DNA of 64,000 bases from Microthyrium microscopicum (Eukaryota), in assembly GCA_010405405.1 (NCBI GenBank), contig MU004231.1, forward strand, positions 2,247,860-2,311,859, given 5' to 3'. Below the pieces are notes generated by a model. The model was not told the origin of the DNA, ran no database searches, and was given only the letters and a program-made list of their open reading frames with translations. The translations under genes and the position numbers were made by a program. The number at the start of each line of letters is the position of its first letter. The stretch's first letter is position 1. Positions 49,901 through 61,169 of the stretch are shown piece by piece.

Positions 49901-51146
49901 AGTATTTAAGTTATTAAGCTAAGGGTAAGTAATTAGAGCTATTCTAAGACTAGAATTTATAGTATTTTTTAAGAACTATATCTAGACTAGGGTAGCCTAA
50001 AATTATACTCTAGTATAGATAAGATACTATTAAAACTTAGCCTAAAAAATTCTCTATTCTTTACCTCTTTATTAGATTCCTTAGAAGTTTACTAAAGCTC
50101 TTATTTCTTTATATAGGTTATAAAAAAGAAGGTCTATTTATTCTATAAACTTACTAAAACTTATAATACTATAGCTAGTAGGATTCTAAATCTAGAGAAG
50201 GACTTATTAAGTAGTATCTTCTATAAGCTAGCTAAATATATAGTAGATTTAGGTATAGTTATCTACGTAAATCTATTTATTAATATATAATTTTGCTTTA
50301 ATTATTTAGTAAAAACTAGGATAAAGGGTTAAGTTCTTATATAAATATTATTCTAGGTTTAGGAGAGCTAGTTAGAGGTTTTATAGTAATAATTAAAGTA
50401 GCTTATATTAAGTAGCTAAAGGATTTATTAAAGAAAGTAAAGAAAGGGCTACTAATTTAGCTATTATAATTAGAGTTTAAGGAAGATTAGCTTATAAAAT
50501 TAAAAAAGGATAGTAGCTATAGTTAAAGGTTTCTTTAGTAAAGGGTATAGCTAGTATTAAAGAAAGAGTTATGCTAGGCATTATAGATTCTTTCTAGAGT
50601 TATTCTTATTTTTACTACTACTACTAAGTTAGTATCTTGTAGATAATATTATTTATTTATTATATAAAGATCTTACTATTAATATAAATATTAGTAAGCT
50701 ATTTATTCTAGCTATTAACTTAGGCTTAGAGTTTAGTATAGGCTACTATAATTTATTACGTATTCTTATTTAATTATATATAAATTTTGCTAGTTAACCT
50801 ATTTAGTTATTATAGGGCTTATCTATAATTAGTAGTAGTTATATGTAATTATAAGATAGATAAATTAAGTATATTATTAAGTAATAAAATATTATTTATT
50901 ACTTATTATAAGCTATTATTAATTATCTCCTAAGATACGTTTAAGTAGTTCTATAGCTTTATCTATTATTAGTTAATATACGTAAAGTGCGCTTTTACGT
51001 TCTTACGAGTAAAGCCTTTAAAGAACGTTTCTTTATCTTATCTAGTAGTTATTAAGTAAGAAGAATCTTAATTTACTATTCTAGCTATTTATTAACAAAT
51101 AGAGAAGGAGTAGGTAAAAAGAAGGGTTAGTTTTAAAGTTACTTAA

Positions 51147-51308
51147 TATTATAGGTTAGATAATAAAGAGATAAGTTATATTATAAGCTTACTAAATAGG
51201 AAGATAACTTAAAGAGAAAGAAGAGTTAAGAGACTCTTTAATTAAGGTATTTATATATAATAGGGGTAGCCTAAATGAGCATAGCTTTAGGGGGTTTAAC
51301 CCCTAATA
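51147..51308 (-). repeat. 5' LTR, 162 bp
   Basis: Direct repeat of 43740..43901, differing only by transitions. Confidence 0.92.
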
Positions 51309-52394
51309 ATGAGTCTTGTCTTTATTCTTAACTTTAAATTTAACCTTAATCCTTCTTTTCTACTACTAGAAATCCTTAAAATTAAGACTTAGGGCCTAAA
51401 ATAGAAGAAGAGAAAGCTTATTAGAGATAAATATACTAACCTAAAGAATATAAACTAAAAGTATAGTTCTTATAGTAAATTAAGATATAATTCTTACGTT
51501 TATAGGATTTAGTAATTACGCGCAATTTGGTAAGTAAAGTTAGCTATCTTTAATCTTCTTATTTATAAAAATTAATATATTTTAATACTAAATTTAAGGT
51601 CATAATATAATCCTAAAGGATCTATATTCCTTTTAAAGAGGCCCTCTAGATTAGTATCTAATTTGATACTAACTAATAGCGCTATTATTATAGCTAGCTT
51701 TTGTATAGCGTCTCTATATAAAAGATGGCTATAGTAATAGCGCGTTGGGATCCCTAAAGGGGGGTCTCTAGATAGGGGGGGCCTCTGGAAGGGGGGAGTG
51801 GAAACTTCTCCTGGTTTTTGGTGAGAAATTGGGGCGAAGCTACCCCAAATAGGTTTGGTAAGGACGGGTGTGGCAGATGTCGACGATTTAGTATGGAATG
51901 CAAAGGGATGGTTCAAATCAAAGTCACGACTGTATCACAATTTGATCTAAGCATAATGAGGTCTACTTAACCAAAGAAAATAGAAGGTCAATATCTCCGA
52001 TTAGGATGAAAATTTAAGATCTTGCCAAATGGCTCGCGTGCAGTTCTAGTTTCTGTTGAAATGGGGCCTTTATGTTTCTTGAGTGGATTGCAGACAAGGC
52101 CGATCAAAACGTAAAAGGGGCGCAGAAGATCGTCAGCCTTGAATCTTTTTTTAGGCCTCGTCGGGTACCTTATGCATCAAATGCGATCTTCAATTCCTCC
52201 TAGAAAATCCTCCATAGACACCCGCTCTAACGTTACTTTTGAATTAAGTAACGTCAAGAGAGTATAAAGCCCGAGGACGGACCTACTATTTTCATCCAAA
52301 CAATCAAATCATCACAACTCAATCATCACAACCAACCATTCACACCATTATCCAATAACCTCCAAATTAACCAAAACCACAAACAAGAAACAAC

Positions 52395-52748
52395 ATGAAG
52401 GCCTCAACCATCGTACTCGGCGCGCTCTCCGCCTTCACCGTATCAGCAGTCAATGTACAGATCAATGCAACCACCAAGGGCCTCAACAACGAAGGTGGTA
52501 CTTTCCAAATAATCAACGCTCCTCTTTACACCTTGAACCACTATGGTGGTCTTGAGGTCACTGCACTCGAACTTGTTCAAGGACAATCTATATCACCAGC
52601 CAGCGTCGAATGCCGAATGTATAAAGATGCCGACGGACTGACTCCTGGAAGTCAGCCTTTCTCAGGAAGCACCAAAGCACTGATTGCTACAAACACTGTC
52701 ACCATTGGAAGCATCAACTGCATTGCCATTGAACCAATCACTGCCTAG
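52395..52748 (+). CDS. Small secreted protein, 117 aa, 2 Cys
   Basis: Signal peptide MKASTIVLGALSAFTVSA, TATAAA near 52264, C/A-rich leader, and a VECRMYKD..G..PGS.PF...TN.V.IGSINC block. Confidence 0.85.
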   Translation: MKASTIVLGALSAFTVSAVNVQINATTKGLNNEGGTFQIINAPLYTLNHYGGLEVTALELVQGQSISPASVECRMYKDADGLTPGSQPFSGSTKALIATNTVTIGSINCIAIEPITA

Positions 52749-53358
52749 TTGGACTTGTATAGGTGTATTTCATAGCGACGTTGGTTTTGTTTACTGAAGG
52801 TGCTTAGTTTAATGTATGATAATATTTAGCTCTTAATACATTATTTGAGAAAATCTGGTTACATCAGCTCTTCTTGCCACTTTTGTCAATTGCTTCACAG
52901 TCTTTTCATATAAACGGCTCCATCATTCGAGGAGCAATCAGGTTTTTCGTAGAATAACAAAGCCACGAGAAATGCAAGAGCTCTTAACTTGCATTGGAAA
53001 TGATCTGGAACTTTTATCTGCAGTTGGCATTGTGTGTCGTCCCAGGGCTCGAATAACTGGTAGAATCAGCCATGATCTGCTCACTTGTAGCTAATATGAT
53101 CAAAATTATAGCAGAGCCGCATTTTCAGAACTCGAGCCCCAATCTACATACATCTATTTCTCAGTGCCCGGTCCGTTAGTCTACGTGTGCTGGACGCCGG
53201 GAGAAATAAAGCCTCTAGGATTAGAGTTAATATACAATCTTAAGCACGTCGCTCCGTTTTCCTTTAGACTCAATGATCAGCTCTGCACGCTCTTTGTCTT
53301 GTAGTTTTGGTGTGGTATTAACTACCGTAATGGTCACTTTGAACATCATTTTGCCATA

Positions 53359-55251
53359 ATGAAGTCCTCCATTGGTGTTGTGTTTTCGCTCGCCATATCG
53401 ATACGAGCCGCCGCGATAGTTTCATTCCCTAATCCACCGGGTTACACCACGAGAACATACAATGCCCACGCTCCATCTTCCGCTGCGAAATCAACCGATC
53501 AATACTCCAACGACGCTCTTGTCTCCCTCTGGTCTCGCGTCGGCCCCATCGCACCACCCAAAAACACAGCTGTTGCATCACCAACGCCTGAGCCTTCTTC
53601 TCTTTCCGCATTCCCACAACCGGATCCCGCTTTCCACCCGCTCGTTGCAAGTCACGAAACAGGTCTCAAAGATGTCAAGTTACCGCAGAACTTTGCCTGG
53701 GGCGTAGCATCAAGTGCATATCAGATCGAAGGCGCTGCAAAAGAAGATGGAAAGGGTCCGAGCATTTGGGACATGCTAAGCCACCAAGTGCCTGGGTTCG
53801 TAGCAGATAACAGCACCGGAGATGTGCTGGCCGAACACTACTATCTTTTCAAGCAAGATATTGCCCGCCTCAAGGCGCTCGGCTTTAAAGCATTTAGTCC
53901 CAGTATCAGTTGGCCCCGAATCTTTCCCTTTGGCAATGGTCCTGTCAATGCTCCAGGCGTCGCACACTATGATGCGGTTATCACTGCGCTCGTCGACGTG
54001 GGGATTTCACCTGCCGTGACGCTCTTTCACTGGGATACACCACTTGCACTATTCCACGAGTATGGTGGTTGGAGCAATGAGAAGATTGTTGATGACTTCG
54101 TCCACTACGCCAAGTTCATCATCACTCGCTATGATAAATACGTACCAATCTGGTTCACCATCAACGAGCCGCAGTACTGTAACTGGCAGTATGCTGGCTA
54201 CCCGGCTGAAATTTTAAACCCAAAGACTGGCAAGAAGGGCGAGAAGGGAGGAATCAAGGCAAGATTTGCCTGTGGCCATTATACACTTCTGGCACACGCT
54301 CGCGTTGCCAAGTGGTATCATGAGGAGTTCAAGGGCCAGGGTCGCATCACTTTCAAGAATAGCGGAAACTATTATGAGCCAGCGAGCACTGCGGCAGCGG
54401 ATCTCAGAAGTGCCCAGCGCAACTATGATTTTAGTATTGGTTGGTTTTCTGGGCCTTGGACTGATGGCGACTATCCGGAAAGTTTGAAGTCGACACTGGA
54501 TGATGTGCTGCCAAAGTATACGGAGGAGGAGAAGAGAATAATCAAGGGCAGTTGCGACTTCTATGCCATTGATGCATACACCAGCTACACGGCATTTGGC
54601 AGCAGTAACGACGAGGCATGCATGAAAGACCCGAAGAATGGAGCATTTCCGGAATGTGCAGGAAGCCGACAAGCAGGCAACGATGGCTTCCCCATGGGCC
54701 CAGCTGGTGATACTGGCGTTGATTGGATGAAGACCACTCCTGGTGGGATCAGGAGATACCTGAGAAAGCTCAAGGAGATGTGGCCATCGATACCTGATAT
54801 CGTAGTGACAGAGTTTGGATTTGCTGAACCATTTGAGAACTTGATGAAAACCAAAGGAGAAATTCTCTGGGATCTTCGAAGAGCTGTGAGTTCCGCTGAC
54901 AGACTGATTCGAGGAGAATGCTAAGAGTGTAGGATTATTATCAAGGCTTTTTGGATAACATACTAGCAAGTATCCATTATGACAAGGTCAACGTTACTGG
55001 AGCCTGGGGATGGGTACACATTCTTTCTTCTCGAGGATTTTTGGCTAAGCTAATCAATGAAGGCAATATTCGATAACTTCGAATGGAATGCTGGCCTTTC
55101 TACGAGATTTGGACTGCAGTAAGAGTTGCCTAGAAGCATAACATCAACATGGAAAGCTGTGTACTAAAAGCCTTGCAGATATGTCAACTACACGGATCTT
55201 ACCAGAACACCTAAAGCCAGCATGTTCCAGTTCCTGAATTGGTTCCAGTAA
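53359..55251 (+). CDS. Glycoside hydrolase family 1 beta-glucosidase with signal peptide, 4 exons
   Basis: WGVASSAYQIEGA, TLFHWD, TINEP (acid/base) and VVTEFG (nucleophile). Three 3' introns add W-AIFDNFEW..G...RFGLQYVNY...R.PKAS, with the stop at 55249-55251. Confidence 0.95.
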
Positions 55252-55853
55252 GTTATACCTAAACTTTTTGTTGATATGACCTAAACAGTAGTAGTGGGCA
55301 TGGAGCGTGAACTTCTTTCGTTTGCGTTGCATAAAATCAGCAGTCCAGAATAATATAAGAAATCAGAATAGACCTCTTTCTGCACGTGAAGAAGACAAGG
55401 AAGACTGGTAATGACTCCTACCAGCTGCTGTTGGCCTACCAAAACTACTACTCCATCGCAATCGTGCTCATGATTGGACATTATACCACTTTGGTTACCA
55501 TAAAATCATGAAGCTGTGTTTCTAAGAGGGGGTTAGATTGAAGTATCCTATTTCTAGTCAGTACATTTCAATGGTACAACATGGGAGGAGCTTAAACAGA
55601 ATTGTGCGAGTTCTGACAGGGAAGATGGCGAGGCACGTCGACCCTTAAGCAGACCACAAGATATGGGACCAAAATAGAAGTTAGCAATCTCTATTCCAAT
55701 CTCAAGGACAACCACAATTGAACCTTAGTAATGACCGCACACGAACCTGCCACCTTGCACTGCAAATTTCCCTTTGAGTGACTTCATAAACCATCATACC
55801 TTATTCATACACAACACCAAGCTACCACTTTCTCTCAAATCTCCTAGGAAAGT

Positions 55854-56327
55854 ATGTGGATCTTTTATTTCATCAGTCTCCTCGTTGCGCTGGCTACTGC
55901 CGACCCAATTGTCACCTGCGTGAAAGGCAGAAGATACTGCGGCCAAAGCCTGGCCAATCTTAGTCGTGGTAAGTCGTCATCTTTCAAACATTCCATCGCG
56001 AAGGTGTAAGAGACTGGCAAAAAGTGTCAGGCTACTTCATATAGAACAAAATGCTAACACACATGAACAGTCACCGGCGGCAAGTCACAGTGGGTCGAAC
56101 CAGGCCAAGCATACTACGACCGAATGGCGGCCGCATACCAAATAGGTCTTCGAATGCGATGGCCCCCAAGCGATGAGAAGTTGCGCGACTCGCTTTACCT
56201 CTGCGTTAAAGATGACAATACTACTGGCAACCTCGTGTACATCAAGACCTGCTCGACCTGTATGCAAAGTCAAGCCAAGTATCATGATTACTGCACCTAT
56301 GGAACGCATAGACCTCACAAGGCGTAG
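55854..56327 (+). CDS. Small secreted Cys-rich protein (123 aa, 6 Cys), effector-like, 2 exons
   Basis: Exon 55854..55968, intron GTAAGT...GCTAAC...CAG, exon 56071..56327. Product MWIFYFISLLVALATADPIVTCVKGRRYCGQSL...SLYLC...IKTCSTC...HDYC. Confidence 0.85.
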
Positions 56328-58271
56328 AGTCTGGTGGATTGTGTGAGGAGTTGGGAGATGGGATACTCGCAAGGGCGAAATTTTGGTGATGTTTGTCTGA
56401 GAGGTTGTGTGCTGAGAAAAGTGGTCTCCTGGAGATAGTTCAAGGCCTTTTCGTTGTCGTATCTCGGTATAATAGTCCTTCAGGAGTCGAGAATCAATGT
56501 ACGTTCATGTGAATCATATGATGTCGCTATTCTCGCTTGATCATTCTGCCTTCAACTCTTGGTAATCACGGCCATGTTGGAAATTGATCATTCTGCTTTT
56601 CGAAGTCTGACCGCTCAGTAGTCCAATCGCACGCACCGTGTACTAGAGTATATCTCCAGTGGATCGATGGAAGTGATATCCGCCATAATGTTAGTAATGG
56701 CACCCATGCCTTGAATTAGGTTGATGGCGAAGTCATCCTACAAGTTCTTATGTTGCTCGAAAAGTGGTGCAACGAAAGGCCAACGTCCAATGTATTGCTC
56801 ACTAACCCACAAAATTAAAAGCAGCGGAGAGGCTGAACCCAAGGCACTTTCAACACTCACTGTCTTGCAGATAGATACATAACGGTAGATGAAACTGAGC
56901 GTTCACAGGGGCCGTCAACCCGCGAGTTGTTCAGAAAGCCGCTGGCCAGCACGTTAGAAGTGCATATGTAGCCCGAATTCAAGACAGGCACAGCGATGGC
57001 GAAGAAGAATGATGATGTGACGTTAACAGCTGGCCAGCTACAAGGGGCTATAAATGGACAAGTCAGGGAAAAAGGGGCTGTGAGATGGATCGCAGCGGGG
57101 AGAAGCGGAGAGCGGCAGCCACTTGTTCGATAAGACGACTGCCCACCTGACACTGGTGCGAGATCAGGGAAAACAAGCAAGGCAAGCCGTCAGTCAGTGG
57201 TGCTGGTGACAGGACAGAGTCAATCACTGGCTGCCAGGATCCAGAAAGTTGGCTGACGAAGTTGGCTGGATGAGCCCTGGGGTTCAACCTGCTCCGTGTT
57301 CAACCTTGACTCTTACTGACGATATGATGTGAACTATGACAAGTCATAACGATAGCTTGAAGATCAAGGAAGGCTGATAGCGAACGACTCCGAGTAAAGA
57401 AGAAATAGAAATCGTCAAATAGATCGTCTGTTGTCAACTGTACCTGCTGATATGATTAGACAGATGGGGCTTGCGTCAGAAAGAGTATCAGCTCGGCAGT
57501 CTAATGATAGGACAAAGGCATAGGTAATGATGGATGATGTCCAAGTCACCGCGGCACAAGTCTGAAGTGTCAGCGATATGTTGTTCCCTTTGGGCCGAGC
57601 GCAGCATAAAGAGCCAGTGATAGCAAGAGAAGGTATTCAGAAGGGATGAGACCAACCGGAAAGAGGGAATATAGCGTAGAATTTCTGAGTTGGTACAGAT
57701 AGCATTACCATTTTAAATATTGATATTGGGTAAAGAAGGAGAGAAGAAAGATTAAATGCTTTGATGCTATGATGGAGGGAGGAAGGGGTCATACAGAGGG
57801 TTGAGATAGGGGGCTCCAGGCTAGAAACTAGGCACATGCACCCAACAGCCAGCGTTAAGCTTAACCTCTCTCTATCACCATCGCCATCTCCCATCACCAC
57901 TCTTGACTTTGACATCTCTCTGCCTCGTACCTTCTAGCATACATAGCATATCTCTCTTTCTCCTGCCTCAAGCTGGAATGTACTCCTACTCTTTCCTCTC
58001 ACTGCAATCCTACTTACCAGTTAAACTCATGACAACTTGCTCTATTTAGTCTAACATACCCCTGCCTTGGAGTGCTTGGTTCCATCTGTCCTAGTTTCAA
58101 CCTACCAACACCTACATTTCTAACCTTCAACCTCTGCTCAACACTCTATCCACAGCTTACGCAACTTCTCTTCTGTCTGATATCTCATCATCGACAACAC
58201 AACTGCGTGTATACTCCTGCTACCCTCCAAATCACCCTATTACAACTCAGCTTTGGCTTGAGTTGAAGCGA

Positions 58272-61169
58272 ATGCTGGTACTTTGATTGATCGGACTCCG
58301 GCTCTTCTTAGGCAGACGGATTTTCCCATCTTCAAGTTACCATCAACTCTCTTCGACCATCGCCAAATCAGCAATATAGTCGAGCTGGCAAATCCTCCCT
58401 CAGCCAACTCCTCCCGCACCCCATTCGCCTCCGACCACCCAACCATTTCCGCCACTCCCTCTTCCACCACTATCACAGCAACCTCAGCACCTCCCCAACG
58501 ATCCTCCGCTCCCGTATCCCTCCCCATACCCGCTACTATCGCGCAGTCGACTATTTCACGAGCAGATATAGTATATCCTAGCCCCGGCAAGCGTCGACGG
58601 AGCTCCGACTCCGACCCCTCTGTCCACTCCGACGACCCAGACGATCCTGCCCGATCGTCAGCTAGAAACACTAAGCGTAGGCGCCACGACGACGAATCCA
58701 TGCGTCTGGACGGAACTCAAAAAGGCTCACAATCCCCTTCACACTCGTTACACAACGGCTCAAATACCTCCAATGGTCATAGTCCTACCATTGGCAAGGT
58801 GACCAATGGCCACGGACCTTTGCGCTTGCCCTCGAATGGAACACACCGAATCATCAATGGATTGTCACCTGCCAAGAGCTATCCGCCCATATGGCATGAT
58901 CACAATCGGGAAGAGGTGTCAAGATTGCTGATACAGGCTCTAAATGAGCTGGGTTATACCAATTCTGCAAAATCGTTGAGCAGAGAGAGCGGTTACGAAC
59001 TGGAAACACCCAATGTCTCGTCATTTCGAAATGCTGTTCTTGAGGGGCGGTGGGATGATGCAGAATTGTTGTTATTTGGGGAGAATGCCTATGCCGGAGA
59101 ACCTTCCGAAGAGTGGCGATTAAAAACTGCTGGGCTTCGCACACGAGCTGCATCCTGGACAGGGAAAGGGTTGGCACTAGTAAACGAAGCCAACAGCTCC
59201 GAAATGCTTTTCTGGATAAGACAGCAGAAATATCTCGAATTGCTGGAAAAGCGAGATCTCACAAACGCCTTGGTGGTCTTACGCCAGCAGTTAACACCAC
59301 ATTCGCGAAATACACAGCGGTTACATGCTCTTGGAGGCCTTTTGATGTGTGCATCCGTCGATGATTTGAAAACACAAGCAGATTGGGATGGGGCGAGAGG
59401 AGATTCACGACATCATTTGCTGTCTCAACTATCGCGTACGTATCCCCATCGACGGTGATGGCTGTCTTTGCCCCATTTGAGTACATTTTCGGTGGGCGCC
59501 ATAACTAACTCTGTTTATAGGTCTGATTTCACCCAAGGTCATGATTCCCGAAAACCGGTTATCGGATCTACTCCATCAAGTAAAAAACTCTTGGATAGTG
59601 GACTGTTTATACCACAACACGAACGAATCGCCCTCCCTATACTCGAATCATACCTGCGATCGGAACGATTTTCCGTATCAAGTGGTCAAAGACATAGCTG
59701 AACACGCCGATGAGATTTGGTACATTGAATTTTCTCACAATGGAAAATTCATGGCGACGGGCGGAAAAGATAAGATGGTCATTATCTATGACGTTCAGGA
59801 CAACTTCAAAGTTCTGCATCGTTTTGACGAACATGGTGCAGGAGTTTGCTACTTGTCTTGGAGCCCTGACGACACGAAGCTTATCACCTGCGCGCGGCAA
59901 CCTGACAACTCTCTCCGGGTGTACGAACTGAAAGATGGACACATTTCCACTCACATACATCATTTTGATGCCCCTCCGACGGTCGCGATCTGGCTTCCCG
60001 ATGGAGAGAACTTTCTTGTTGGTAAGATATGGCCGTGAAGACACATTTCTTCTCTGTATTCGAGATCATTCAGCGCACTTGATGGCTGCTATTGCACATC
60101 ATCTTCCTCATAGCGTCTTCTCCTGAAAGATTGTTATGGGCGCCAATGAATGCTATGGCGCCAACGAATGCGACGGGAAGTCTGAAAACATGCTGACTTT
60201 GATAAACTAGGCTCTTTGGACTACCATCACGCGATCGAAATCTGTAATATTTATGAGGACGTCATGGACCAATTTGCCGGAACGGACAGTAAAGCTAGAA
60301 TCTATGACCTTGCCCTTTCCCCGGATGGGAAAAAGGTGGTGGCAATGTCAAAGAACCGACTCTACGTGTTTGATTTTGCTTCGAAGAAAAAGTTGAGCGA
60401 ATGGCAGATGGATGATGTGGAAATGACGAGCGTTCATATATCGCGCGATTCAAAGCACATGCTCGTGAGCATGAATCCAAACAAAATCCAACTCATAAAT
60501 ATCGAAAACGGCGACGTTGTCCGCACATACGAAGGACACAAACAGGAAGGGTTTTTGATAAGAAGCAATTTTGGCGGTGCGGCGGGAACTTTTGTTATGA
60601 GTGGCAGTGAAGGCAAGTCGGAAATTGGTTGTTCATTGCTCAAATCTAATTCGTGATAGACTCGCAAATATATATCTGGCGTACCAGTGGACAACTTGTG
60701 GAGGTGTTACCAGGTCACGGTAAGCGTTCCCATGCGCGAAGATCTCCTTGTTGTCATCCAACGGCAATTAATGCATTCGGTGCTCCTCATTGCAGTGCCT
60801 GGCTCGCTTCCTGATCGATCAAAAGTTTGGAGAAATTTTATTCTTGAAGATTTTCTGATTGTTTCGATTTGGCAAGTTGGTGCCATCGTGCTTGATGGCT
60901 GCCATAGCATCCGATGGTTCCCAAAGCTCATCATGGAGATTCATTGCAAGGCACAATTTGACTTTTTACTGACCAATATCAGGTGCCGACTCTGGCTGCG
61001 TTAATGCTCTTGCATGGCATCCTACCATCCCGTCTTACTTTGCAAGTGCTGGAGATGATGGCAGAGTAAAGATGTGAGTTCCACGAGACATGAATCGTTG
61101 CATGAGCTAATATTATTCAGTTGGTCATCAGACCGGTATGCTTCAGAGTACAGTAGAGGCGTTGATTGA
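58272..61169 (+). CDS. GID7: LisH/CTLH + WD40 protein, WDR26/Gid7 family (GID/CTLH E3 ligase subunit), multi-exon
   Basis: REEVSRLLIQALNELGY (LisH), FRNAVLEGRW (CTLH), QQKYLELLE, MIPENRL, HADEIW...FSH.G, GHKQ..FLIRSNFGG...FV.SGSED, VNALAWHP...FASAGDDG.VKIW. Start uncertain (58272 spliced, or 58700). Confidence 0.88.

Larger units (their letters stand above)
43740..51308 (-). mobile_element. Gypsy/Ty3 LTR retrotransposon, full length (7569 bp), RIP-destroyed
   Basis: Two 162-bp LTRs, 5-bp TSD ATGAG (43735-43739, 51309-51313), purine tract next to the left LTR on the - strand. RT relics ILFRLLNTLSTF* (from MPFGL.NAP.TFQ) and YLNNILIFS (from YLDDILIFS, ~48135-48165), then RNase H VAYFSKK...NY.IYNKE (~47580-47645). 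Confidence 0.93.
41491..51813 (+). mobile_element. Mutator-like (MULE) DNA transposon, heavily RIP-mutated, about 2.75 kb plus a nested retrotransposon
   Basis: 56-bp TIRs (41491..41546 and 51758..51813) and a 10-bp TSD GTTTTTGGTG (41481-41490, 51814-51823). Reverting transitions gives MULE motifs LDACH.K...AVGIDGN...WAVFESE...SW.WF (~42510-42650), SD.DK.L and TSNYVES.N (~43190-43220). Confidence 0.9.

Noticed and set aside
41491..51813. AT-rich block as centromere, organellar insertion or foreign DNA
   Set aside because: Fully explained by RIP-mutated transposons with TIRs, LTRs and TSDs.
51572..51916. 114-aa minus-strand ORF
   Set aside because: Spans the MULE TIR and its flank; a chance open frame.
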